Shown: positions 1-9,320 of the stretch, one piece after another
How positions within the stretch are numbered: position 1 is the first letter of the stretch
Layout of the letters: the number at the start of each line of letters is the position of its first letter
Assembly: GCA_963619035.1 (NCBI GenBank)
Contig: CAVEUC010000007.1
Coordinates: forward strand, 3,127 to 67,126
Source: Lachnospiraceae bacterium GAM79
GTDB taxonomy: Bacteria; Bacillota_I; Bacilli_A; RFN20; CAG-826
Reading direction: 5' to 3'
Length of the DNA stretch: 64,000 nucleotides
Made by a program: the position numbers and the translations under genes
The notes under the pieces: model-generated
Database searches by the model: none
What the model saw: only the letters and a program-made list of their open reading frames with translations
What the model was told of the DNA's origin: nothing

Positions 1-1665
1 ATCTTTTAATGATAAAGATAAGCTAACATAATTTACATGATTTACATCACTTGTATCTTTACTTTCGTTAATTGGTAAATCTACGATTGAAACACCATTA
101 AATTTACCATTTGATAAATCTAATTCTAAATAGAAACTCTTATCTAATAATTTTGAATATAAGCCTTTTGCGCTAATTTCAAGTTTCATCTTGCAAGATT
201 CATCGTCTGGAGCACCTTCAACAGTTAAATTCTTAATAATTTTCTTATATGCGTTCCAGTTACCGTTCATAATGTCGTAGATTGCTTCACCTTTTAAAAC
301 ATTATTGACTGTATCTAAAGCTTCGTTTGTTTGTTCTTGGTTATCATTAGCAAGAGTACCAACAATATTTTTACTTAAATCATCGATGGTGGAGTTTTCA
401 ATAAATCCTGTAGCTAATTGATTATGAACGTTAAAGTATGTTTTATTGTCTTCATATCTAACATTGACTTTAGTATATAAATCTTTCTCTCCGCCTAAAG
501 TGATATCATAAATTGCACCGTCGTTAATACTATTTGCATTCTTTAAATTACCTTTAAATGCACCAGTAATCTCTCTACTTGCAGTTTTAACACCGTTTTC
601 TTCTTCTTTAAAAGATAATGAAAAATTAGTAGTAAATGCTTTTTCATCAACTAAAGAAGCAATAGTAGTTAAAATGTTAGTAGTACAATCTAAATTGTTA
701 TAATCACCATTAATGTCTGTATTATCAACATATTCTGAATCTAAACTCATCTCTGTATTACTTTCAAAAGAAAGAGTAATACCGCTAATAGTTAATGGGT
801 TTAAAGCGATGTAAGTCAATAAACCATTTTCATTACATTTTAAAACTACATTGATATCTTGATCGATACCAACTGAAGATAATAAACTTTGTTTAACTAA
901 TAAGTTGTAAGTATAAATTTTATGACCATCGACAATTTCTGGTGTTTGATTTAAATCCGTATCACTAGAAAAGCTCATTAATGCACCACAAATTGTTGGA
1001 ATAAGTGGAAGTACATCGATTGATTTTACTTTGTCAACGATATCAGTTACAGATGATAAATCATTATTTGTAAGTTTTCCGATTGTAGGAAGAAAATCTA
1101 ATACATCTGTTAAGAATTTTCCACTAAGTGAATATCTTGTGTAATTAGCTTCTTCGCCGTTAATTGTATCAGCCCAGTTTAAATCTAAATATAATTTACC
1201 GTTTCCGTTAGCGTTAATAATCATGCTTTCATCAAGAATAGGATTTACGCTTGTATCAGTTAAAACTTCGTTATATTTAATGTTCACATTACCATTAAGT
1301 TTAGCGACTACATCGTTAGAAGTGTCATTGTCTTTTCTTGTATCAATGAAAGCTTTATAATCTGCAGCCCCGTTAAAACTTAATAAAATTTGGTTATTTG
1401 CTTTGCTTCCAATTCCATCAACTTTAAATAATAAATCTTTAAAATTGATATTTGAAGATGCGAGGTTTTCAGCTAATTTAGCTTTTGCGTTTTCGCAATC
1501 TATTTGTTCTTGTGTTTTTTTATCATCATCTTCACCATCCGTAGTATCAGGTGTGATAGTTGATGTTTTAGAACCATTTATGAAGTAAAGTGTTGATAAA
1601 CTACCTCCAACGATCATTGAAGTGACCAAAGAAGCAGCTAGAACTCTTAAAAATTTATAGTTCAT
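1..1665 (-). CDS. Secreted or membrane-anchored hypothetical protein; 3' end lies beyond the window edge (first 555 codons present)
   Basis: Absent from the ORF track because there is no stop in the window. The ATG is the complement of 1663-1665 and is preceded by AAAGGAGA. The N-terminus MNYKFLRVLAASLVTSMIVGG is a signal or TM segment. I checked triplets 1-480 by hand and found no reverse-strand stops. The + strand ORF 1403..1588 is antisense noise. Confidence 0.6.
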   Translation of the reverse strand, partial: MNYKFLRVLAASLVTSMIVGGSLSTLYFINGSKTSTITPDTTDGEDDDKKTQEQIDCENAKAKLAENLASSNINFKDLLFKVDGIGSKANNQILLSFNGAADYKAFIDTRKDNDTSNDVVAKLNGNVNIKYNEVLTDTSVNPILDESMIINANGNGKLYLDLNWADTINGEEANYTRYSLSGKFLTDVLDFLPTIGKLTNNDLSSVTDIVDKVKSIDVLPLIPTICGALMSFSSDTDLNQTPEIVDGHKIYTYNLLVKQSLLSSVGIDQDINVVLKCNENGLLTYIALNPLTISGITLSFESNTEMSLDSEYVDNTDINGDYNNLDCTTNILTTIASLVDEKAFTTNFSLSFKEEENGVKTASREITGAFKGNLKNANSINDGAIYDITLGGEKDLYTKVNVRYEDNKTYFNVHNQLATGFIENSTIDDLSKNIVGTLANDNQEQTNEALDTVNNVLKGEAIYDIMNGNWNAYKKIIKNLTVEGAPDDESCKMKLEISAKGLYSKLLDKSFYLELDLSNGKFNGVSIVDLPINESKDTSDVNHVNYVSLSLSLKD

Positions 1666-1885
1666 ATAAAAATCTCCTTTTTGTTGTGTTATTAATATAA
1701 TATTAATAATTTCATTTGTCAAGTTTTCTAGTTTCAAGAACAAGATTAATAAAATTTATCTAGTAATTAAAACTAGATGTAATCGTATTGTAAATTTAAA
1801 ATCAAAATAATATCGATTAAATCGGTATTTTTGAAAAAATATAGAAAAATATAGCTTTATTATCTATAATATTAATGTTTTTATT

Positions 1886-1969
1886 GCACCAATGATGGAA
1901 TGGTAGACATGCTAGACTTAGAATCTAGTGAGGAAACTCGTGCAAGTTCGACTCTTGTTTGGTGCACCA
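1886..1969 (+). tRNA. tRNA-Leu (anticodon TAG)
   Basis: 84 nt including the encoded CCA. Acceptor GCACCAA/TTGGTGC; anticodon stem CTAGA/TCTAG with loop CTTAGAA; 13-nt long variable arm; T-loop TTCGACT. Confidence 0.9.
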
Positions 1970-1983
1970 TTAATTTTTGATTA

Positions 1984-2031
1984 ATCCTTTGAGCTATATT
2001 ATTAATAGGATATAAGCTAAAGGATTTTTTT
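1984..2031 (+). terminator. Rho-independent terminator after tRNA-Leu
   Basis: Long imperfect hairpin ATCCTTTGAGCTATAT ... ATATAAGCTAAAGGAT followed by a T7 run. Confidence 0.7.
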
Positions 2032-2072
2032 ATTATAATTAAATTCATAAATTCATGTTTTTAAAAATTGTG

Positions 2073-2101
2073 TTGTAATTTTAGTAGATTAATTTTATAA
2101 T
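2073..2101 (+). promoter_or_regulatory. Candidate sigma-70-type promoter of the sulfoquinovose operon
   Basis: TTGTAA (2073-2078), 17-nt spacer, TATAAT (2096-2101). It lies 52 nt upstream of the ATG at 2154. Confidence 0.5.
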
Positions 2102-2121
2102 TTTTTAAGTAACTTAATTAA
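2101..2121. promoter_or_regulatory. Candidate operator (near-palindrome) overlapping the transcription start region
   Basis: TTTTTTAAGT-A-ACTTAATTAA matches 8 of 10 positions per arm. The core TTAAGTNACTTAA recurs at 10927-10939 in the transporter promoter region. Confidence 0.45.
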
Positions 2122-2153
2122 TTGCTAAAACATTTAGCGAAAGGACCTAAAAA

Positions 2154-4133
2154 ATGAATAAGGAAGAATTAAAACAATATTTCCTAAATCAACTTACTAA
2201 TGGAGATGCTTATCTCATAATTGGTAAGGGAAAAGCAAAATATAAGATGAAAAGAGGTTCTTTTACAACGAAAGATAATATAGTTGATAGAAGAAAACTT
2301 ACTTTTTCATTTAAAGACGAAAATAGATATATATTTACGGATGGTAAAGTTCAAGCTGAAATTATTGTTGATGAAGTTCCATATGTTAAATTTCATTTCC
2401 ATGTGGATAACGGATATAATCGTTTTACTTTAAGATTTAAAACATTTAAAGATGAACATATTTATGGATGTGGTGAACAATATACTGCTTTAGATTTAAA
2501 AGGAAAAGATGTACCTATCTGGGTAAGTGAACATCAACAAGTAATGAAAATTGCTAAAAAGCAATTAAGAGAAAGATTGCATGGTCCAAATCCTGATTAT
2601 GAAGCTCCTTATAAAGATCATCAAACATATTGTTCAACTCCTTCGTTTATGTCTAGTAAAGGATATGCAATTTATTGTCATGAAGATACGTATGGTTTCT
2701 TATCATTTAAAAAAGATGAATTGTTAATTAAATTTAGACAAATACCTCAATCTATATCGTTATTATGTGCGGATTCAATTTTAGAATTAGCACAAGAAGT
2801 TTCTAAATTAGTTGGTGTTCAACCTAAAGTTCCTTCTTGGGTTAATGATGGAGTTATTTTAGCAATTCAAGGTGGAAGTGAAGTTTTATTAAAGAAATAC
2901 GAAGAAGCTAAAAAAAGAGGTTTAAAAATATCCGCAATTTGGTGTCAAGATTGGTGTGGTAATGTAGTTACTAGTTTCGGATATCAAGTTTATTGGAACT
3001 GGGAAGCTGATGAAAAACTATATCCTAATTTAAAAGAGATAATTAAAAAGTTAAATAGTGAAGGTGTTAGATTCTTAGGTTATATAAATACATTTTTAAA
3101 AGAAGGATCTCCACAATATGAAGAAGCTAAGAAAAAAGAATTTTTAATTAGACATAAAAATGGAACAGTGTATCATATTAAATCTACTACGTTTAATGCT
3201 GGTATTGTTGATTTAACAAATCCAACTGCTAGAAATTGGTATAAAGAAATTATAAAGAAAAATATGATTGAATATGGTTTATCTGGATGGATGGCTGATT
3301 TTGGTGAATACCTTCCTACAGATTCTGTTTGTTATGGAGGAGAAAGTGAAAAACTTCATAATAGATGGCCAACTATGTGGGCGAAATGTAACTATGATGC
3401 AGTTCATGAATTGAATAAAGAAGATGAGTGCTTCTATTTTTCTAGAGCTGCATATGGTCATACTTTCCAATTTACTAATTCTGTTTGGAATGGTGATCAG
3501 CATGTTGATTATTCTGATGAATATGGGTTAGGATCGGTAATTCCTGCATGTATTTCATTAGCATGTTCAGGAGCTGGTGTGCTTCATTCAGATATTGGGG
3601 GATATACAACAATTTGTGTTTTAACAAGAATGGTCCGTGATGCTGAATTATTTAATCGTCGGTCAGAAATGAATATTTTTACTCCTATCTATAGAACTCA
3701 TGAAGGAAACCAACCTAAAAACAATGTTCAATATGATAACGAAAATACATATGATGAATTTATACAAAATACAAATTATTTTGTTAAATTAAAACCATAT
3801 AGAGAAAAACTATACCAAGAATATTACACAAATAATATTCCTATGATTAGACCTTTATTCTTCCATTATGATGAAGAAGAGGCATATAAAAATAAAAGAG
3901 AATATCTTTTTGGAAAAGATGTTGTTGTTTCTCCGGTTTTAAGACCAGGAGAAACTAAACATAAATACTATCTCCCTAAAGGTGAATGGGTACAATTCTT
4001 TACAAACAAAGAAGTGGAATCTGGCTTTGGAGAAGTTGATTCCCCAATTGGATTACCTATTGCTTTTTATAGAAAAGATAGTGAATTTACAGATTTATTT
4101 AAAAATTTAAAACAAGAAAATGGAGGAAAATAA
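2154..4133 (+). CDS. GH31 alpha-glycosidase, sulfoquinovosidase (YihQ/SftG)-like
   Basis: 659 aa. GH31 nucleophile motif GWMADFGE and acid/base motif WNGDQ. The segments AIWCQDWCG...VYWNW and HSDIGGY resemble YihQ-type enzymes. It is the first gene of a sulfoquinovose-type operon. Confidence 0.75.
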   Translation: MNKEELKQYFLNQLTNGDAYLIIGKGKAKYKMKRGSFTTKDNIVDRRKLTFSFKDENRYIFTDGKVQAEIIVDEVPYVKFHFHVDNGYNRFTLRFKTFKDEHIYGCGEQYTALDLKGKDVPIWVSEHQQVMKIAKKQLRERLHGPNPDYEAPYKDHQTYCSTPSFMSSKGYAIYCHEDTYGFLSFKKDELLIKFRQIPQSISLLCADSILELAQEVSKLVGVQPKVPSWVNDGVILAIQGGSEVLLKKYEEAKKRGLKISAIWCQDWCGNVVTSFGYQVYWNWEADEKLYPNLKEIIKKLNSEGVRFLGYINTFLKEGSPQYEEAKKKEFLIRHKNGTVYHIKSTTFNAGIVDLTNPTARNWYKEIIKKNMIEYGLSGWMADFGEYLPTDSVCYGGESEKLHNRWPTMWAKCNYDAVHELNKEDECFYFSRAAYGHTFQFTNSVWNGDQHVDYSDEYGLGSVIPACISLACSGAGVLHSDIGGYTTICVLTRMVRDAELFNRRSEMNIFTPIYRTHEGNQPKNNVQYDNENTYDEFIQNTNYFVKLKPYREKLYQEYYTNNIPMIRPLFFHYDEEEAYKNKREYLFGKDVVVSPVLRPGETKHKYYLPKGEWVQFFTNKEVESGFGEVDSPIGLPIAFYRKDSEFTDLFKNLKQENGGK

Positions 4134-4135
4134 AT

Positions 4136-4822
4136 ATGAAATACTTTCTTGATTCAGCAAAAATAAACGAAATTGATTATGCTTACAAAAATTATGGTAT
4201 TGATGGAGTTACTACAAATCCTAAACATATCATGAATAGCGGTAAACCTTTTATGCAAGCAATTACTGATATTGCTACATGGTTAAAAGAAAATGATTTA
4301 ATTGGAATGGATAAATTTCCTGTATCAGTAGAAATTAATCCTCATCTTGATAAAGCAGAAGATATGATTCGTGAAGCAAAAGTCATCGCAGCAATATGTG
4401 AAAATTTTGTTATTAAAATTCCATGTACTACAGAAGGTGTTAAAGCTGCTTATCAATTAGAAAAACAAGATCCTAGAATTAGAACAAATGTTACTTTAGT
4501 GTTTTCTCCTTCTCAAGCAATCCAAGCTGGAAGAATTAAAGCAAAATATGTATCTCCATTTATTGGATGGAAAGAAAATAGTGGTGAAGATACACATCAA
4601 TATATGGCTCAACTTGCTAAGATTTATAAAGATAAAGGTTATGAAACCGAAATTATTGCAGCAGCTATTAGAAATGGTAAACAAATTGCTGAAGCTGCTG
4701 AAATGGGTTGTGATATTGTTACTTGTGGATTAGCAGTATACGAAGAAAGTTTTAATCATCCATTTACAACTTATGGATTAGGTGTATTTACAGACGCTTG
4801 GGACCACACAAAGGGAAATTAA
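4136..4822 (+). CDS. Class-3 transaldolase/fructose-6-phosphate aldolase family; 6-deoxy-6-sulfofructose transaldolase (SftT)-like
   Basis: 228 aa. Motifs GVTTNP, the Schiff-base lysine context VIKIPCT, and YVSPFIGW. It starts 2 nt after the GH31 stop. Confidence 0.75.
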   Translation: MKYFLDSAKINEIDYAYKNYGIDGVTTNPKHIMNSGKPFMQAITDIATWLKENDLIGMDKFPVSVEINPHLDKAEDMIREAKVIAAICENFVIKIPCTTEGVKAAYQLEKQDPRIRTNVTLVFSPSQAIQAGRIKAKYVSPFIGWKENSGEDTHQYMAQLAKIYKDKGYETEIIAAAIRNGKQIAEAAEMGCDIVTCGLAVYEESFNHPFTTYGLGVFTDAWDHTKGN

Positions 4823-4823
4823 A

Positions 4824-5660
4824 ATGAAGATTGCTTTTATAGGATTAGGTATCATGGGTTTGCCTATGGCAACCAATGTATCAAAAAAATATGATTTAAT
4901 TGGATATGATGTGTTTAAAAAAGAAACATCATTTCCATTTGCTTCATCTTACAAAGAATGTGTAGAATTTGCAGATGTAATCATATCTATGGTTCCAAAA
5001 AATGAACATATGTTATCTTTATATTCTTCAATCAAACCTTATTTAAGAAAAGGTCAAATTTGGATTGATATGTCTACTATTTCTCCTTCAACAAATCAGC
5101 AAGTTGCAAAAGATTTAGAAGGTAGTGGAGTAGAAATTTTAGATTGTCCTGTAGTTAAATCTCAACCTGCAGCTATTAAAGGTGAACTTGGAATTTATGT
5201 AGGTGGTAATGAAGAAATATATAATAAAGTTAAACCAATTTTATCATGTATGGGAAAAAATATAATTTATATGGGAAACCATGGTGCAGGTCTTCAAATG
5301 AAAATTTTACATAATGGTTTAGTCGGTGAAATTCAAAATGGTGTTAATGAAATTTTAGGATTAGCAACAAAATTAGGATTGAATTTAGAACAAGTAGTAG
5401 AAGCTTTTGGGTATGGAGGAGCATCTTGCTTCTATCTAGATACAAAGGCTAAAAATATAATTTCCAATACTTATCCAACAGCTTTTTCAGTTGAAAATAT
5501 GAATAAAGATGTTCATTTTGCTAAAGAGATTGCTAATGAATTAAATAGCGATTGTCCAGGATTAGAAAATGTTGTTAAAATCTATGAAAAAGCTATGGAA
5601 AGAGGATTAGCTAAAGAAGATTTTTCAGCATCATATAAGATTGTAAATGAGGTAAAGTAA
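4824..5660 (+). CDS. NAD(P)-dependent beta-hydroxyacid dehydrogenase family; sulfolactaldehyde reductase (YihU)-like
   Basis: I moved the start to ATG 4824 (AAGGGA RBS). This puts the Rossmann motif MKIAFIGLGIMG at the N-terminus. The ORF-track start at 4782 overlaps the upstream gene. Confidence 0.7.
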   Translation: MKIAFIGLGIMGLPMATNVSKKYDLIGYDVFKKETSFPFASSYKECVEFADVIISMVPKNEHMLSLYSSIKPYLRKGQIWIDMSTISPSTNQQVAKDLEGSGVEILDCPVVKSQPAAIKGELGIYVGGNEEIYNKVKPILSCMGKNIIYMGNHGAGLQMKILHNGLVGEIQNGVNEILGLATKLGLNLEQVVEAFGYGGASCFYLDTKAKNIISNTYPTAFSVENMNKDVHFAKEIANELNSDCPGLENVVKIYEKAMERGLAKEDFSASYKIVNEVK

Positions 5661-5661
5661 T

Positions 5662-6993
5662 ATGAGAAAACCTATTATCGGTATTGTTTGTTTAGTTAGA
5701 AAAACTTTTGATTTTGAAACTGCTTTTAAACTTTATAAAGAAAGAAGTGCAAAAGTAATGGAAGATAATTCTATAGATTGGGTTTATTACCCAACTATGG
5801 TTATTGAACCAGATGAAGCAAAAAAAGCAGGAGAATTTTTTGTTGAAAAGCATGTAGATGCAGTTGTTGTAGTTTCTGCGACTTTCCATCTAGGTGGTTT
5901 AGCTTTAATTTTACACAATATCGTTAAAAAACCATTCTTATTACAAGGTTATAACGAATTACCATACAATGGTGGTAAAATTCGTTTAAATGCTGTTTGT
6001 GGTGTTAATTTAAATGCTTCTAATTTATATAAAGGTGGAGTTGATGATTTTATAGTTTATGTAGGAGATGATATCGATCACGATTGGGTTAAAGCTATAA
6101 AAATGAAAACTGCTTTAGAAAATTCTAATGTTGGATTGATCGGTTTTCATGCTCAAGGATTTTATAATGTTGGAGTAGATGAACTCCATTTATATAAAGA
6201 ATTAGGTATATTAATATCTCATTTTGAATTAAGTGATTTCTTTGGTGGAGAAGCTAAAGAAGAAGAGATTGATAAAGAAGAAAAAGAATTAAGAGAAACA
6301 TTTGATTGTAAAAAATTAAATGATAATCAAGTAAGACAAGTTTCTAGATTAATTGTAGTTGCTGAAAAATTCATGAAAGAAAAAGGGCTTGATGTTGTTG
6401 CGATTCGTTGTTGGCCAGAATTTGCTAAAAATTATGGTGTATCACCTTGTGCGATGATGTCTGTATTACAATCTAGAGGAATTTTATTAGCTTGCGAAGG
6501 CGATATTGAAGCTGCATTAAGCATGGTAGCTGTTAGAGCTGCAGGTGAAGAAACTCCATTTATGGCTGATTTATCACAAGTAAATTACGAAGAAAATTAC
6601 GCTTTATTATGGCATGATGGTGTTGCTCCTTGTAACTTATGGGATCGTAGATGTAATCGTTCATTAGAAACCTATTTTGCTGGAGGAAAAGGTGTCACAG
6701 CTGATTTTGTTTTAAAACCAGGTAAGATGTCTATTTTAAGAATTGATACTGCTAGAGGAAAAACAAGAATCTATTACGAAGAAGGTGAAGCTTTTGAAAT
6801 GAATAAGGATTTATCTGGAACGTATGCTAAAGTTGTTTTTAATAGACCTATTAATGAAGTTATTGATACAGTTACATATACTGGAGTTGCACATCACGTT
6901 ATTATGGGATATGTTCAATATAAAAAAGCAATGCAATATCTTGCTCGATTAATGAATTGGGAGATATTAGATGAAAATACTAAATGTTACTGA
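5662..6993 (+). CDS. L-fucose/L-arabinose isomerase-fold sugar isomerase; sulfoquinovose isomerase (SftI)-like
   Basis: 443 aa. It carries RCWPEF...SPC...LLACEGD, typical of the FucI/AraA-like family. It sits where the isomerase lies in SFT-type clusters. Confidence 0.65.
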   Translation: MRKPIIGIVCLVRKTFDFETAFKLYKERSAKVMEDNSIDWVYYPTMVIEPDEAKKAGEFFVEKHVDAVVVVSATFHLGGLALILHNIVKKPFLLQGYNELPYNGGKIRLNAVCGVNLNASNLYKGGVDDFIVYVGDDIDHDWVKAIKMKTALENSNVGLIGFHAQGFYNVGVDELHLYKELGILISHFELSDFFGGEAKEEEIDKEEKELRETFDCKKLNDNQVRQVSRLIVVAEKFMKEKGLDVVAIRCWPEFAKNYGVSPCAMMSVLQSRGILLACEGDIEAALSMVAVRAAGEETPFMADLSQVNYEENYALLWHDGVAPCNLWDRRCNRSLETYFAGGKGVTADFVLKPGKMSILRIDTARGKTRIYYEEGEAFEMNKDLSGTYAKVVFNRPINEVIDTVTYTGVAHHVIMGYVQYKKAMQYLARLMNWEILDENTKCY

Positions 6994-7585
6994 TAAAGAA
7001 TTTAAAGATTATGGATATGTATTAGATATAGATACTAAAGATATTGTAGATTATTTAAATAACAAATCTAAAATGCCTTTAGAAAACAACATTTATGTTA
7101 GAAATGATTCTAATATGCATACTTTAAATAATATTTCAAATATTAAAGAATATGTTTATGGATTAGGTGATATTGAAGTAGGTTATTGTAATGGATTTAA
7201 TTCACTATTAAATTGTATGGAATATCATACATGTCCTGAAGTTGATATTGCAGCTACTGATTTAGTTTTATTATTAGCAAAACAAGATGATATTCATGGT
7301 GAAATATTAAATTCTAAGGATGTTAAAGCATTCTTGGTTAAAAAAGGTCAAGCGGTAGTATTAAACCCTTATACATTACACTTTTCACCTTGTAAATTAT
7401 CCGAAGATGGATTTAGATGTGCTATCATTTTAACTGATAAAACTAATAGTGATTTAGAAGGCATAATAAACGATAAAAAACTTTGGAAAGTAAATAAATG
7501 GTTATTAGCTCATAAGGATTCTAAACAAGCTTCTTTAGGGGCTTATATTGGAATTGAAGGAGAAAACATTAAGGTAGATTATTAA
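6971..7585 (+). CDS. Small cupin-like protein of unknown function, DUF4867/SftX-like
   Basis: 204 aa. GGGAG RBS 7 nt upstream. It overlaps the isomerase gene by 23 nt. The family assignment is from memory of SFT cluster composition, not from a search. Confidence 0.5.
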   Translation: MKILNVTDKEFKDYGYVLDIDTKDIVDYLNNKSKMPLENNIYVRNDSNMHTLNNISNIKEYVYGLGDIEVGYCNGFNSLLNCMEYHTCPEVDIAATDLVLLLAKQDDIHGEILNSKDVKAFLVKKGQAVVLNPYTLHFSPCKLSEDGFRCAIILTDKTNSDLEGIINDKKLWKVNKWLLAHKDSKQASLGAYIGIEGENIKVDY

Positions 7586-7587
7586 TT

Positions 7588-8304
7588 ATGCTATATGATG
7601 CTTTATTTATTTTAATAATATTTTTAAGCAACATTATACAAACTATTACCGGATTTGCTGGAACAGCATTAGCGATGCCTTTATCTTTAAGATTAGAAGG
7701 AGCTGAAACTGCAAAACCGGTTTTAAATTTAGTTGCTCTTTTAGTGTGTGTTTATGTTGTCGTAGTCCATTTTAAAGATATTGATTGGAAAAATTTCTTA
7801 ATAATTTTAGGTGTTGTTGGACTAGGGTTTGCAACTGGTTATTTAGTTGATTTAATACCAATCGATGGAAAGATATTATTATATATTTATGGTGGAATAG
7901 TAATAGTAGTAAGCATTCTATTTTTCTTTATTGATTTTGAGAAGATTAAATTGCCGAAATGGGTGATGATAATATTTTTATTTTTAGGTGGAATAATGCA
8001 TAAATTATATGTTTCTGGTGGTCCTTTTGTAGTAATTTATGGGTTAAGAGAATTAAAAGATAAAAATAAGTTTAGAGCAACGTTATCTTTATTATGGATT
8101 ATTTTAAATTCTGTATTATTTACTACTCACATTGTACAGGGATTATTTACGACTCATGTTTGGATTTTATTTGGAATTGGAGCAGGAGCAACGATATTAT
8201 CTTTAGTTATAGGATCTTTAATTGCTCCTAAATTATCAAAAAAACTATTTTTGAAAATTACTTGTGTGCTTTTATTTATTTCAGGTGTTACACTATTTAT
8301 ATGA
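7588..8304 (+). CDS. TauE/SafE-family anion (sulfonate) exporter
   Basis: 238 aa. Polytopic and hydrophobic throughout, with the N-terminal motif ITGFAGTALAMPL. It matches the size and topology of TauE/SafE permeases. Confidence 0.6.
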   Translation: MLYDALFILIIFLSNIIQTITGFAGTALAMPLSLRLEGAETAKPVLNLVALLVCVYVVVVHFKDIDWKNFLIILGVVGLGFATGYLVDLIPIDGKILLYIYGGIVIVVSILFFFIDFEKIKLPKWVMIIFLFLGGIMHKLYVSGGPFVVIYGLRELKDKNKFRATLSLLWIILNSVLFTTHIVQGLFTTHVWILFGIGAGATILSLVIGSLIAPKLSKKLFLKITCVLLFISGVTLFI

Positions 8305-9266
8305 TAAGTTTAACTTCAACTCAGAAAAAAATTATTAGAATTCTTTTTGTAGAAAAAGAAAGTTCACGCTCAATATTAGCAAAAAAGTTAAATTTAACTA
8401 ATGCAGCGTTAACTTTAACTATGAAGCCTTTATTAGAAGAAGGTATTATTTTAGAATCTAAAAAAGATATTCAAAGAGTAGGAAGAAAAGAATTAATAAT
8501 TACTTTAAATTCTAAATATGGATATTTTTTAGGAATAGATATTAGAAAACATCATTTTTATTTTTCTTTGATGAATATATCAGGAGAATTAATTAAATTT
8601 GAAAGTGATAAAAATATAACTTTAAAAGATTTTTATAATGGTTATTTAGATGATATCATCGCAATAGGAATAACTATTAGAGGGAAAGCTGATTTAAGTA
8701 TAATTAAAGAAAAATATCCAGTATTTCACAGTGAAATTGAAAAATTAAATAAACCTTATTATTTATTTAATAATGTTAATTGTTTAGCTGATATTTATTC
8801 TTTGAATTATTATGATGATAAAAATTTCTTGTTAGTTAAATATGGTCCTGGTGTTGGTAGTTCGATTTATGTACATGGTAATCCATTAGGAAGTTCTTCT
8901 GAATTAGGACATATGTACTATCAAAGTAACACAGTTGAAGAATGTATTTCCTATTCATCAATTTTAGGAAAAGAATTGGAAGAAGACGAAGCAAATATAG
9001 AAATATTAAAAGATAATGAAAAACTTAAATATATTTTACATATATTGTCTTTTGCATTAATTAATGCTGATGCTTTATTATCTTTACAAAAAATTATTTT
9101 ATCTGGTGCTTTATTATCTAACGAAACAATAATTAAAGAATTAGAAAAAGAATTGATAAGTTTAAATAGCGACTTCGATATTAATAAACTTTGCTCTTAT
9201 CCAAATTATAACGATACAAATAATAAAAAAGGATCTATAGGAGCCTTTATAAAGTTATTTTCTTAA
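8301..9266 (+). CDS. ROK-family transcriptional regulator (N-terminal winged HTH plus sugar-kinase-like domain)
   Basis: I moved the start to ATG 8301 (ATGA overlap with the upstream stop). The ORF-track TTG start at 8262 is an extension. N-terminal HTH SRSILAKKLNLTNAALTLTMKPLLEEGII; ROK-like core GIDIRKHHFY. The Cys-rich ROK zinc motif is absent. Confidence 0.65.
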   Translation: MISLTSTQKKIIRILFVEKESSRSILAKKLNLTNAALTLTMKPLLEEGIILESKKDIQRVGRKELIITLNSKYGYFLGIDIRKHHFYFSLMNISGELIKFESDKNITLKDFYNGYLDDIIAIGITIRGKADLSIIKEKYPVFHSEIEKLNKPYYLFNNVNCLADIYSLNYYDDKNFLLVKYGPGVGSSIYVHGNPLGSSSELGHMYYQSNTVEECISYSSILGKELEEDEANIEILKDNEKLKYILHILSFALINADALLSLQKIILSGALLSNETIIKELEKELISLNSDFDINKLCSYPNYNDTNNKKGSIGAFIKLFS

Positions 9267-9276
9267 AAACCATATG

Positions 9277-9308
9277 AAAAGCCTACTCAAATTAGAGTAG
9301 GCTTTTTT
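9277..9308. terminator. Bidirectional rho-independent terminator between convergent genes
   Basis: Stem-loop GCCTACTC-AAATTA-GAGTAGGC flanked by A4 upstream and T6 downstream. Confidence 0.85.
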
Positions 9309-9320
9309 GAATTTAGTTAA

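Noticed and set aside
3279-3503. Short ORFs in the track that lie antisense to or inside long conserved genes. Examples: 1403-1588, 3279-3503, 4496-4684, 4548-4733, 5692-5889, 15057-15248, 20583-20768, 22859-23104, 27236-27418, 33963-34169, 35775-35975, 43058-43267, 43541-43801, 44557-44742, 45272-45496, 48218-48433, 50687-50938 and 55642-55905.
   Set aside because: All are embedded in longer ORFs that have clear family motifs. They have no RBS and have low-complexity or hydrophobic nonsense translations typical of AT-rich out-of-frame reading. I did not report them as genes.
4782-4823. N-terminal extensions in the ORF track at 4782, 8262 (TTG), 32266, 41563, 42450 (TTG), 46263 (TTG), 50120 and 57835 (GTG).
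   Set aside because: Each extension overlaps an upstream gene or a terminator and lacks an RBS. An internal ATG with a good RBS places the conserved N-terminal motif at the expected position: Rossmann loop, [19 protein letters not shown] and others. I used the shorter starts.
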